Shown: piece by piece, positions 55,918-64,000 of the stretch
How positions within the stretch are numbered: position 1 is the first letter of the stretch
How the letters are laid out: every line of letters begins with the position of its first letter
NCBI GenBank assembly: GCA_003281085.1
Contig: QCCZ01000001.1
Location: 27,493-91,492, forward strand
Source: OCS155 cluster bacterium AG-349-E07
Lineage (GTDB): Bacteria > Actinomycetota > Acidimicrobiia > Actinomarinales > Actinomarinaceae
Length of the DNA: 64,000 bases
Direction of reading: 5' to 3'
The notes under the pieces: generated by a model
The model's database searches: none
What the model was told of the DNA's origin: nothing
What the model saw: only the letters and a program-made list of their open reading frames with translations
Position numbers and translations under genes: made by a program

Positions 55918-56608
55918 TGTCCTGCTTTATTGTATTTTGACGTAATGGAATAAATTTATAAATACAAAATCCATTGCCATGTCTATTTACTTTTGAAAAT
56001 ATTTTCTCAAAAAATTCTGATTGAAATATTTCATCCTGCTCAGGAGTTACATAGATTATCCAAAAATTAAGTCCAAGTTCAATATACTTTTGTTTTAGGT
56101 TTTCAATCAAGAAATCTATCACTTGTTTGCTTGAAGTGTTGTATATAAAGAAAACCCTTTGACCTTCCTCATATTTCCAATCTAAAAAGTTTTTATTATA
56201 TATAATTGTATTTTTTTCAAAATTTTGATCTGTAATATTTTTTACTGAAACTTCATACAATTTTTTTGATATTTCATACCCGTAAACTTTATTAAAACCA
56301 TTTTTTAGTGCTTCAATTAAAACACGGCCTGAACCAGAACCAAAATCAACTAACGAGTATTGGAAAATGTGTTTGGGTAATTTTTTAAAGGAATTACGAA
56401 TTATAGGAATTGGAACCGGACCATGAGATGTAATATCAGTTGATTTGAAATTGACATAATCTTTAATTTCTGAAAAAAGTTCTGCATTACTAATGAAAAT
56501 TAATTCATTTCTTTTTTGAAAAATTGACAAAAGTTCATGATAAATAAATTTTAGTGTTGTAAAAAATCCCCATTTATAAGCTTGCTGAAATAAATAAAAC
56601 ACTTTCAC
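55907..56608 (-). CDS. Class I SAM-dependent methyltransferase
   Basis: LVDFGSGSGRVLIEALKNGF is the glycine-rich SAM motif I, and GYEIS follows (motif II-like). Confidence 0.6.
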   Translation of the reverse strand: MKVFYLFQQAYKWGFFTTLKFIYHELLSIFQKRNELIFISNAELFSEIKDYVNFKSTDITSHGPVPIPIIRNSFKKLPKHIFQYSLVDFGSGSGRVLIEALKNGFNKVYGYEISKKLYEVSVKNITDQNFEKNTIIYNKNFLDWKYEEGQRVFFIYNTSSKQVIDFLIENLKQKYIELGLNFWIIYVTPEQDEIFQSEFFEKIFSKVNRHGNGFCIYKFIPLRQNTIKQDNDE

Positions 56609-56760
56609 TTTAGCTACCCTGCACTTTACAATTTTCTGAAGCTAATATTTTTACAAATAAATTTAACAGTTTTAGTACAAAGTGAAATTCCGAAAATATA
56701 AAACCAATTTTGTAATCCACATCTGTATAATAGTGCAATGAAAAAAGATGTCAGAAGCAT

Positions 56761-58002
56761 ATGAAAAGTGAATTTATTGCTGAAAACCAGTCTGACATTG
56801 ACAGCTTAATCCTTTCTTTCTTTTCACTTATCAAATTTATCAATCCGAATTTAGGTAAAGATCAGTTTTTAATCGGAACAAACGATTGGTTAGTCAGTAA
56901 AACAAAAAATGTTAGAAAAAAACTTATATGTGTTTGCACAGATGGCAAAATTAAAAATACTGAGAATATTTTTGCTATTACTAAGGATGAAGCATTATAT
57001 TTTGCTAAAAAAATTACATTAGCTGAAAAGCTTAACGTAAAGGGTATTTCGGAAATTGACAACTATAAAGAAGATACAAAATTAGTTGATTTTATATCAA
57101 ATTTAAAAATATTCTTTAACGATAAAAAAATTAGTTATATACCTGAGGGATACAATGGTTTGTTGCTTCTCTCTCATGATATTGACTATATTCAAACCAA
57201 TATGATGTATAGATTAGGGCGTATATATTATTTGTTAATTTATTTAAGATTAGGAAAATTTAAAATGTTCTTCCAAAATTTTATTCACTTTTCTAAACAA
57301 GTATTTATAGAGAAAGATTGGAAACATGTAAAAATGCTTGAAATTGAAAAAGAGTTCAATATTACCTCTACATGGTTTTTCTTTTCGAGAATTACAGAAA
57401 ATAAAAAACTATTCAATCCAAATTATGAATTAAAAAATAATATGGTTGTAGATTTAATGCAAAAGATAAAAAATAATAACTCTGAAATTGCTCTACATGC
57501 TTCTCCTGAAAGTGCCTTCAATTCAATAATTCTTAATAAAGAAAAAGCAAATCTTGCATCCTACTCAAATGAAGTGATTTCTGGAAATAGGCACCATATG
57601 GGAAGATTTAATCCCAAAATATCTTTTGATATATGGATAGAAAATGAATTTGAGTATGATGCAAGCTTTCTAGCAAATGACAAATTTATGGACATAACTT
57701 CTACAAAACATTTTTTTAAAATTTTTAATACTTCAGGTAACAAATCTTTAATTGAGTTTCCAACACAATGGATGGATGTCCAGTATTTAAACTTTTCAGC
57801 ATACGATGAAAAAAAGTTTAAATCTGAAACATTTAAAGTGATTGATAATGCTTACAACAATAATCAAGTTTTGTCTATGAACTGGCATGGTGTTCCATAT
57901 AAATGGTACACAGATGTTTATCGTGAAGTAATAGATTATTGTATCCAAAAAGGTTTTTTAATTTGTGGATATCGTGATTATCTCGAAAATATTAAAGACT
58001 AG
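56761..58002 (+). CDS. Hypothetical protein, possible polysaccharide deacetylase (CE4)-like
   Basis: LLLSHDIDY and ALHASPES resemble CE4 metal-binding Asp/His blocks. The assignment is weak. Confidence 0.4.
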   Translation: MKSEFIAENQSDIDSLILSFFSLIKFINPNLGKDQFLIGTNDWLVSKTKNVRKKLICVCTDGKIKNTENIFAITKDEALYFAKKITLAEKLNVKGISEIDNYKEDTKLVDFISNLKIFFNDKKISYIPEGYNGLLLLSHDIDYIQTNMMYRLGRIYYLLIYLRLGKFKMFFQNFIHFSKQVFIEKDWKHVKMLEIEKEFNITSTWFFFSRITENKKLFNPNYELKNNMVVDLMQKIKNNNSEIALHASPESAFNSIILNKEKANLASYSNEVISGNRHHMGRFNPKISFDIWIENEFEYDASFLANDKFMDITSTKHFFKIFNTSGNKSLIEFPTQWMDVQYLNFSAYDEKKFKSETFKVIDNAYNNNQVLSMNWHGVPYKWYTDVYREVIDYCIQKGFLICGYRDYLENIKD

Positions 58003-60509
58003 TTAAAAAAATTAACGAGGGATTTTGATATTCTTCTAAAATCAAAGTTTTTGTATTTGAATTCTATAACATTGTTGCCTGTTTCTAGTATTGCGCCCAT
58101 ATAAGCCCTGTTTGCTAAATATATTTCTTTTTCAATACCATTTACTGTTAATATCCAACCAGGATCCCAGGTTTCATTAAAAACTAACAAGGTTGGCTCA
58201 AATGTTTCAACTTCAAGATGAAAATAACCATTTCTAAAAAGGTCATATTCAACTATCGGATCACTAATATTTTGTTGTGAATTACTAAATAGTTCAATTG
58301 CTGATGGAGTTTCCGTGTAAACTCCGTCATCAAATGTTGTATATTCAATTTGATTATTGTCACCTAAGAAATTGGATTCAAATTTTTGGAAAACAGGATG
58401 ATTATATCCTATTGGGTTGTACATAAGTTCAATTAATTTATTAAATTCTTCATTAGAACCTGCGCTATAAAATTGTAAATCTTTTTCAAATAGAGCATAT
58501 CTTTTGTTATTCAAATTAATTATATTTGCACCATCAACATTAAATTTAGTACTAATCACAGAAGGGGGCTTGGAGGTGAGGCCACCTTCTTTATATGGTT
58601 TTGAAGTCCCAATCTCTATATTGTAAGGATCTTCTATTGAAGTAAAGCCATTCATTAAAAAATCATAAATTAAAAAATACGAATAATCTTTTGATTCAAA
58701 TACAGCATCAGTAAAGTAGTATCTTTTTTTTGCATCTGGAATTTTATATAAATTAAGGTTGTCTGTACTTTTTACTAACTCTACATCTTCAGTATTAATA
58801 CAATTTTGATTTTTTGGAGTAATGACGAATCCTATGTTAGCTTTTTTTGCCAAACTGATATTAAATTTTGAACCAACACTTGAATGAAACCAACCTCCAC
58901 CGTACTTAATTCCTGAACCTATATCACTTGTTAATTGGTCAAAGTACTCACTATATCCTTTTATTACCCAGCTATCATATATATCAAACCATCTTGACGT
59001 AGAATCATAAGATAGAAACCTATTTGGTCTATAAACATACTCATAATCATATGGATCTGATACTACATCTCTATTCGCTGGCGGTGCAAAGCAAACTCCA
59101 GAAATTTTATAGGAGCTGTCTGTCATTTCAATAAGTTCAACAAATTCCAACTCTTTATCACTGGAAAATTTAAGTTCTAAAGCATGCAGTACATTTTGTC
59201 TTTCCATTCCTGAGAAAAGTGAAATCAATAATATCAGTAATAAAAACTGCTTACTTTGTGAAAAGTAATCTTTGTAGAATTTATCAATCCCAGCAAAAAT
59301 AATAATTGCAAGACTAAATACAAGAATGCTGGAGAATCTTTCCCAGTTTGAAACATAATTTATAAATATTATTTGTTGAAAAAATTCAGAAAAGAAATTT
59401 AGTTCTGAAAATAAAAAGGCTGTGGCAAGAGATGCATATAAAATATTTTTAATTTGTTTGTTATTTGCCTTAAAAACAAAAATTAAAAATAAAAATAATG
59501 GAGTCACATAAAGGTTGTTATTAAGCCTCAGCCAGTGCTCAATCGTTATAGTAAAAGGATCAAGAATTGTTCTAACGGTGATAATGTTGAGTTTTGGAAT
59601 ATCGATAACTCCCCCAACAAAACTTCTATCACTGATTGATAATGTTTCAAAAAAATAAAATAAATAAACAAAATTAAATACTGATGCAACAAATAAGTAG
59701 GATAAGTTTTTTGTAAAAACTTTAAGATTTTTATTATTTAATAAATCCACCAAAAAATAGATACCTAAAAAAATATATATCATCAAATAAAGTTGCAAAT
59801 GAGCAGAAGTTGAAAGACAATACGAACCAATCGATAAATAAATAACTTTTTTAAAATCACTAGATAATAGTGCTAAAAAAATTAGTGATAGACCAAAAAC
59901 AAAACCTGGCCAGTGTATGAATGAATACCAAGAAGATAGTAGCTCAGCACTTAGAAGTGCGTATACAAAAATTGCTCCTATGAATTTATTAAAATTTAAT
60001 TTTTTTGAAACTTGTAATAAAATTAAGGCACTCGATAAATAATGAAAAATTACATAAAAGTTATAACTATTGAAAACTGAAAATATCTCCGATGCCACAA
60101 TCTTAAAAATAATATATTCTCTCGGAATTTGACCCACGAGTCTATGCCCTGAACCAATTCTTTCGTTCCAAATTATATTGGATTTATTATTTATTAAATC
60201 AATCCACACTGGCTCCTGATAATCATAATTATCTGTGTCATAGTAATCCTGTAATAAAGACTGAAATTGAAGTGAATCTAGTGAAAATATTATTATTAAA
60301 AACAGTGTTCCTAATAAAATCAATTTTTCATTTTTATCGAAAAAGTATATGACAATTACCATAAGAAGCCATATATACAACGATATAAATAATGGGTTAT
60401 CAGAAAAAGTCCATTTAGAAATCAAATTAAATAATGAGTTACTTCTTAATAGGACTGGAGACAACAAAAAAAATAAGATTAACAGTTTTTTATTTTTTTT
60501 ATAAAGCAC
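57999..60509 (-). CDS. YfhO-like/GT-C large polytopic membrane protein
   Basis: 836 aa with more than 12 TM helices, a roughly 380-aa extracytoplasmic domain and no recognised soluble enzyme motif. WNERIGSGHRLVGQ and SAHLQ blocks are shared with the 60612 gene. Confidence 0.5.
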   Translation of the reverse strand: MLYKKNKKLLILFFLLSPVLLRSNSLFNLISKWTFSDNPLFISLYIWLLMVIVIYFFDKNEKLILLGTLFLIIIFSLDSLQFQSLLQDYYDTDNYDYQEPVWIDLINNKSNIIWNERIGSGHRLVGQIPREYIIFKIVASEIFSVFNSYNFYVIFHYLSSALILLQVSKKLNFNKFIGAIFVYALLSAELLSSWYSFIHWPGFVFGLSLIFLALLSSDFKKVIYLSIGSYCLSTSAHLQLYLMIYIFLGIYFLVDLLNNKNLKVFTKNLSYLFVASVFNFVYLFYFFETLSISDRSFVGGVIDIPKLNIITVRTILDPFTITIEHWLRLNNNLYVTPLFLFLIFVFKANNKQIKNILYASLATAFLFSELNFFSEFFQQIIFINYVSNWERFSSILVFSLAIIIFAGIDKFYKDYFSQSKQFLLLILLISLFSGMERQNVLHALELKFSSDKELEFVELIEMTDSSYKISGVCFAPPANRDVVSDPYDYEYVYRPNRFLSYDSTSRWFDIYDSWVIKGYSEYFDQLTSDIGSGIKYGGGWFHSSVGSKFNISLAKKANIGFVITPKNQNCINTEDVELVKSTDNLNLYKIPDAKKRYYFTDAVFESKDYSYFLIYDFLMNGFTSIEDPYNIEIGTSKPYKEGGLTSKPPSVISTKFNVDGANIINLNNKRYALFEKDLQFYSAGSNEEFNKLIELMYNPIGYNHPVFQKFESNFLGDNNQIEYTTFDDGVYTETPSAIELFSNSQQNISDPIVEYDLFRNGYFHLEVETFEPTLLVFNETWDPGWILTVNGIEKEIYLANRAYMGAILETGNNVIEFKYKNFDFRRISKSLVNFFN

Positions 60510-60611
60510 TTACATATTTTATACGTTTGAAAAACAGATTTGAGCATAAATCTATATAATCTAATTAAATTACAACAACCCAACTTGAAAGAATATAATT
60601 AAGACTTACAA

Positions 60612-63600
60612 ATGAAAAGTAAAAATTTTGTATTGAATTTTTGTAAAACAGCTGTGTATGTTTTACTTATTCTCTTTTTAATCTTGTTGTTTCAACCAAA
60701 TTTATATAATTCTTTGTTTTTAGAAAACAGATCAAACATAGAGTACAAAAATCTAACTCTTGATACATATGAAGATATTTTAAATTCTGATTGCAAATAC
60801 ACAATTAATGAAGCAGAATTCATGATAAAAAATTCTGAATTTAATGGTAATTCTGAATTAAGAATTCTTTCAACAGATGCTGTTGAATTCACCTATACAA
60901 AATTTAGCTGCTTTAATAAAATTAGTTACTCTGATGTTGTTACTGACTCGGTAGTAAAAGGAAAATTAGTCTACTATGCACAACCATTTCCAAGAAGAAC
61001 TATTGTTTTTATAATCTATTCATTATTAATTGTTGGAGCAATTTTAAGTGATAAATTTAAAGCCCCTTTAGGCCAAACCAAAGATGTCTTATTCAATTTA
61101 TCCATATTAAAAAAAATGTCTACCGGACTGTCAGTTTTGTTTTTAATTCTTACTTCCTTCATGTTTTTATACAATAAAATTCCACAAATTGATAGTGATG
61201 TTGCATATTTAAGTTCTAATTATCTTACTATTGCAAAACCTAAGCAGTTGTATACTGATTCTCTAACTGTTCCCCTTTTTGATAACAAATGTAAATATTC
61301 TCCTGAGAATGCAATAAAAGCACTTGAAAGAAATGGTTTTAAAAAAGGTAATATAAAAATTAAAGCTTACCAAGAAAAAGGTATTCTTAATCCTAAAGCT
61401 ATTAGTTATTTAAATTTTAAGTGTTGGGATAGAATAGTAGGTTCTACCTACTCACAGGGGACCAAGCTAAAAAGTAGTGATCAAATCAATTTATATTACA
61501 ATCCTTATCCAAAAGGACTTCTATGGAGTATTAGTTTTTTAATACTTTTTCTGAGCTTTAGGATTAAAGATTTTATTTATAAGTCAGAATCTAAATTTAG
61601 AATACCGCAATATATTCCAAATTTTTTAATAAATAATTTCCATATTTTTCTTCTAATCGTTACTTTATATCAATTTTTTACATTTAATTTTTACATAAAA
61701 GAATATTATTTGGCATTTGGAAACAACATTTTAAATTTACTTACTATTTTTTTGGTGCCCTTCATAACATACAAAATAATATCTTCAAAAAAAGATAAAA
61801 AATATTTGCTTCTTGTTTCAATTATTTTAATTGTCTCAAGTTACTCATATTTATTTAGTAAAGGACTTTCAATAAATGAAATATTCACTGATGTAGACGT
61901 TTATCAATCACAACTACCAATTTCTACTTTGCAATTTGAGCAAGTTAAAGAGTACGGTGAAATGTTTACATGGAATTCGAATCTTGGAAGCGGCTACCAA
62001 CTGGCAGGGCAATATGCATCAGACTCATTAATCAGACAATTGATTTTTCAAATTTCACCTAATTTCAACTTTGCTACAAATCTCTACTTTTTATTTCATG
62101 TATCTTTAGGAATGTTCTTTATTGCACTGTTTATGAGAGAAATTGGTTTTTCTTATTACTCATCTGTAATTGGTGCATTTGTGTTTTTCACGAGTAATCA
62201 GATTATTACTTGGGTAACTTTTTTGCACTATCCAGCTTTTATATTAAGTTTTTCAATGATAATGTACGGAATAATTATTTCGAAAAAAACCTCTAAATTA
62301 TCTTCCCTGTTTATAATTTTTGGCTTTTATATTTCTGCTACGGGTGCACATTTACAAAATTTAGTTTTTTTATTTATTTATTTAATAGGATTTCTTATAT
62401 TAGCTTATTTCTTCGTAGAATTGAGAGACAAAATTTCATACAAATTTATTTCTTTTTCAATTTTAATTTCAGGTATATTGAGCCTTTATTTTATAATGCC
62501 GTTTTTTGAATTATTAAATAACCTTGGCGACAGGGTAGGTTCTGATAACGCAGATTACTTTATCTCTGATGACTTAGTAAATTTTGTAAATAATAGGATT
62601 TTACTTGATTCAGGTAATGTGATTTCATTTTATTCTATAAATACCCAATTATTTATTTCAACAGTCATTATCTTTATATTTTTATCACTCAAAACTAAAA
62701 ATAAAACAATAGAAAAGTTTTCTATATGTAGCTTTATTATTATTTACTTTTTTAGTACAAATAATCCATTACAAAACTTTATTGTGGAAAACGTACCAGG
62801 CTTGTCATTAGTATCAAACTGGCAAAGAACAGCTCCCTTTTTAATTTTTTCAGTTGTTTTGTATTTGATTTCTAAACTAGATGAATTTGTTTTAATTCAA
62901 GATAAAAAGTCTGTCTACTTTGTAATTCTTTTTTCAATAATTTTTAGCTCAATAACACGTATAAATGCTTTTTATAACATTGATATAAATGGGTTAAGAT
63001 CATCAAATCTATATTCTCATACTGAACAGTTAAGAGACTTCAGTAAAAATTTTAACTTATCTGGAGATAATTCGAGGATTATGTCAATTTGTAATTTTAA
63101 CGAACATTTACATATAACTCCGGACTCAAGTTTAATAATTAATAACGATTTATTTTGGACTGGACTTTATGAAAGTTTTCCAAATATAAATTACACTTCT
63201 AAATTTAAGACTATTTCTGATACTCCTCCAGGAATTGCAGGTGGAAGATATTACACCCATGTTCGAGGTGATGAGTTCTACCCTGAAAACCTCGATAACC
63301 TCAATGTTGAATTTATTGTCGCCAGAAAAGAGGGGTGTGAATTTGATAAGAATGGTTTTATTAGGATAAAAGATTTTGATAATTACGAAATATATCAAAA
63401 ATTATCACATGTACCAATTATTAATTTAGGAATAAAAAACGATGAATATTTAATTCCAGATGAAATTAATAGAAAAAATCCTGAGTTAATTGAAATAAAT
63501 ATTAAAAATTTTGAGGAAGATGGATATCTATATTTTAATGAAATTTACTCAGCTTATTGGAATGTATATATAAATTCAAAAAAAGCTGAACTAATCAATA

Positions 63601-63719
63601 ATGATGGTTTTATGTCAGTGAAAATTAACAAAGGTAATAGTCAAGTAATTTTTATCTTTGATAATAGAGATTTAAATCTAAATATTAAGTCTTTAAATAA
63701 ATTTCTAACTAATGATTAA
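60612..63719 (+). CDS. YfhO-like/GT-C large polytopic membrane protein with duplicated N-terminal extracytoplasmic modules
   Basis: 1035 aa. The core (WNSNLGSGYQLAGQ, GAHLQ) is paralogous to 57999..60509. The N-terminal 300 or so aa hold two related TM-plus-Cys-pair modules (DCKYT...SCFNKI...LVYYAQP and KCKYS...KCWDRI...LYYNPYP). Confidence 0.5.
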   Translation: MKSKNFVLNFCKTAVYVLLILFLILLFQPNLYNSLFLENRSNIEYKNLTLDTYEDILNSDCKYTINEAEFMIKNSEFNGNSELRILSTDAVEFTYTKFSCFNKISYSDVVTDSVVKGKLVYYAQPFPRRTIVFIIYSLLIVGAILSDKFKAPLGQTKDVLFNLSILKKMSTGLSVLFLILTSFMFLYNKIPQIDSDVAYLSSNYLTIAKPKQLYTDSLTVPLFDNKCKYSPENAIKALERNGFKKGNIKIKAYQEKGILNPKAISYLNFKCWDRIVGSTYSQGTKLKSSDQINLYYNPYPKGLLWSISFLILFLSFRIKDFIYKSESKFRIPQYIPNFLINNFHIFLLIVTLYQFFTFNFYIKEYYLAFGNNILNLLTIFLVPFITYKIISSKKDKKYLLLVSIILIVSSYSYLFSKGLSINEIFTDVDVYQSQLPISTLQFEQVKEYGEMFTWNSNLGSGYQLAGQYASDSLIRQLIFQISPNFNFATNLYFLFHVSLGMFFIALFMREIGFSYYSSVIGAFVFFTSNQIITWVTFLHYPAFILSFSMIMYGIIISKKTSKLSSLFIIFGFYISATGAHLQNLVFLFIYLIGFLILAYFFVELRDKISYKFISFSILISGILSLYFIMPFFELLNNLGDRVGSDNADYFISDDLVNFVNNRILLDSGNVISFYSINTQLFISTVIIFIFLSLKTKNKTIEKFSICSFIIIYFFSTNNPLQNFIVENVPGLSLVSNWQRTAPFLIFSVVLYLISKLDEFVLIQDKKSVYFVILFSIIFSSITRINAFYNIDINGLRSSNLYSHTEQLRDFSKNFNLSGDNSRIMSICNFNEHLHITPDSSLIINNDLFWTGLYESFPNINYTSKFKTISDTPPGIAGGRYYTHVRGDEFYPENLDNLNVEFIVARKEGCEFDKNGFIRIKDFDNYEIYQKLSHVPIINLGIKNDEYLIPDEINRKNPELIEINIKNFEEDGYLYFNEIYSAYWNVYINSKKAELINNDGFMSVKINKGNSQVIFIFDNRDLNLNIKSLNKFLTND

Positions 63720-64000
63720 ACAAAGGTATATCAACAAAGTACTAATTTTTTTATTTCTACTAATTAACCTTTTCCAACTTCAAAAGTCAAATATCGAGAA
63801 AATCAATACATGGTGTTTTGGTTTTTGCGGTTCCTATATGCAAAATTTAACTTACCTAATATCTCTAACTATAATTTTTTCGTTTTTAATTTACTTGTTT
63901 ATTCAATACGTAAAAAATTCAAACTTTATATGGCTACTTTTAATTCCAATAATTTACCCAATATTTCCAAGTAAAGGTAACGAAGATCGAGAATTGGGTT
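63712..64000 (+). CDS. Membrane protein, 5' part only (continues beyond the right edge)
   Basis: The ATG at 63712 overlaps the upstream stop by 8 nt (ATGATTAA). The frame stays open to the window end and encodes MIKQRYINKVLIFLFLLINLF... with TM segments. Confidence 0.45.
   Translation, partial: MIKQRYINKVLIFLFLLINLFQLQKSNIEKINTWCFGFCGSYMQNLTYLISLTIIFSFLIYLFIQYVKNSNFIWLLLIPIIYPIFPSKGNEDRELG

Overview
AT-rich bacterial chromosomal window with dense coding and many 1-, 4- and 8-nt start/stop overlaps. I saw no rRNA, CRISPR array, transposase or integrase. The lineage is tentative. An MshA-like GT4, a Rieske protein with an internal Tat motif, a diheme QcrC-like cytochrome c and a class II RNR suggest a streamlined low-GC marine actinobacterium, but the split b6-type cytochrome b is atypical for that group. 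Layout: (i) 1-13 kb is central carbon metabolism: ppdK 5' end, an archaeal-type GAPDH-like gene, aceA-aceB, pntAA-pntAB-pntB, glycerate kinase and a secreted GH57 enzyme. (ii) 13-18.6 kb holds miscellaneous housekeeping genes and an NfeD/SPFH pair. (iii) 18.6-27.6 kb holds two divergently transcribed respiratory operons. One is a b6f-like Rieske/cytochrome b cluster that includes a 2x[4Fe-4S] ferredoxin. The other has a CcoN-like protein that appears to lack the canonical metal-ligand histidines, followed by a CcoO-like cytochrome c and a second cytochrome c. Three of these subunits share an N-terminal module, and two copies of it form a perfect 215-bp direct repeat. (iv) 27.6-37.3 kb holds rimK with its protease partner, a DUF62 SAM enzyme, a hydrolase with no canonical start codon, an MshA-like GT4, and nrdJ with tandem NrdR boxes. 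(v) 37.4-64 kb is a visibly more AT-rich glycosylation island interrupted by five tRNA genes. It carries GDP-sugar genes (gmd, fcl, aminotransferase, cupin, formyltransferase), several GT2/GT4 enzymes and six large polytopic GT-C/YfhO-like membrane proteins. All homology calls come from motifs recalled by eye, not from database searches.
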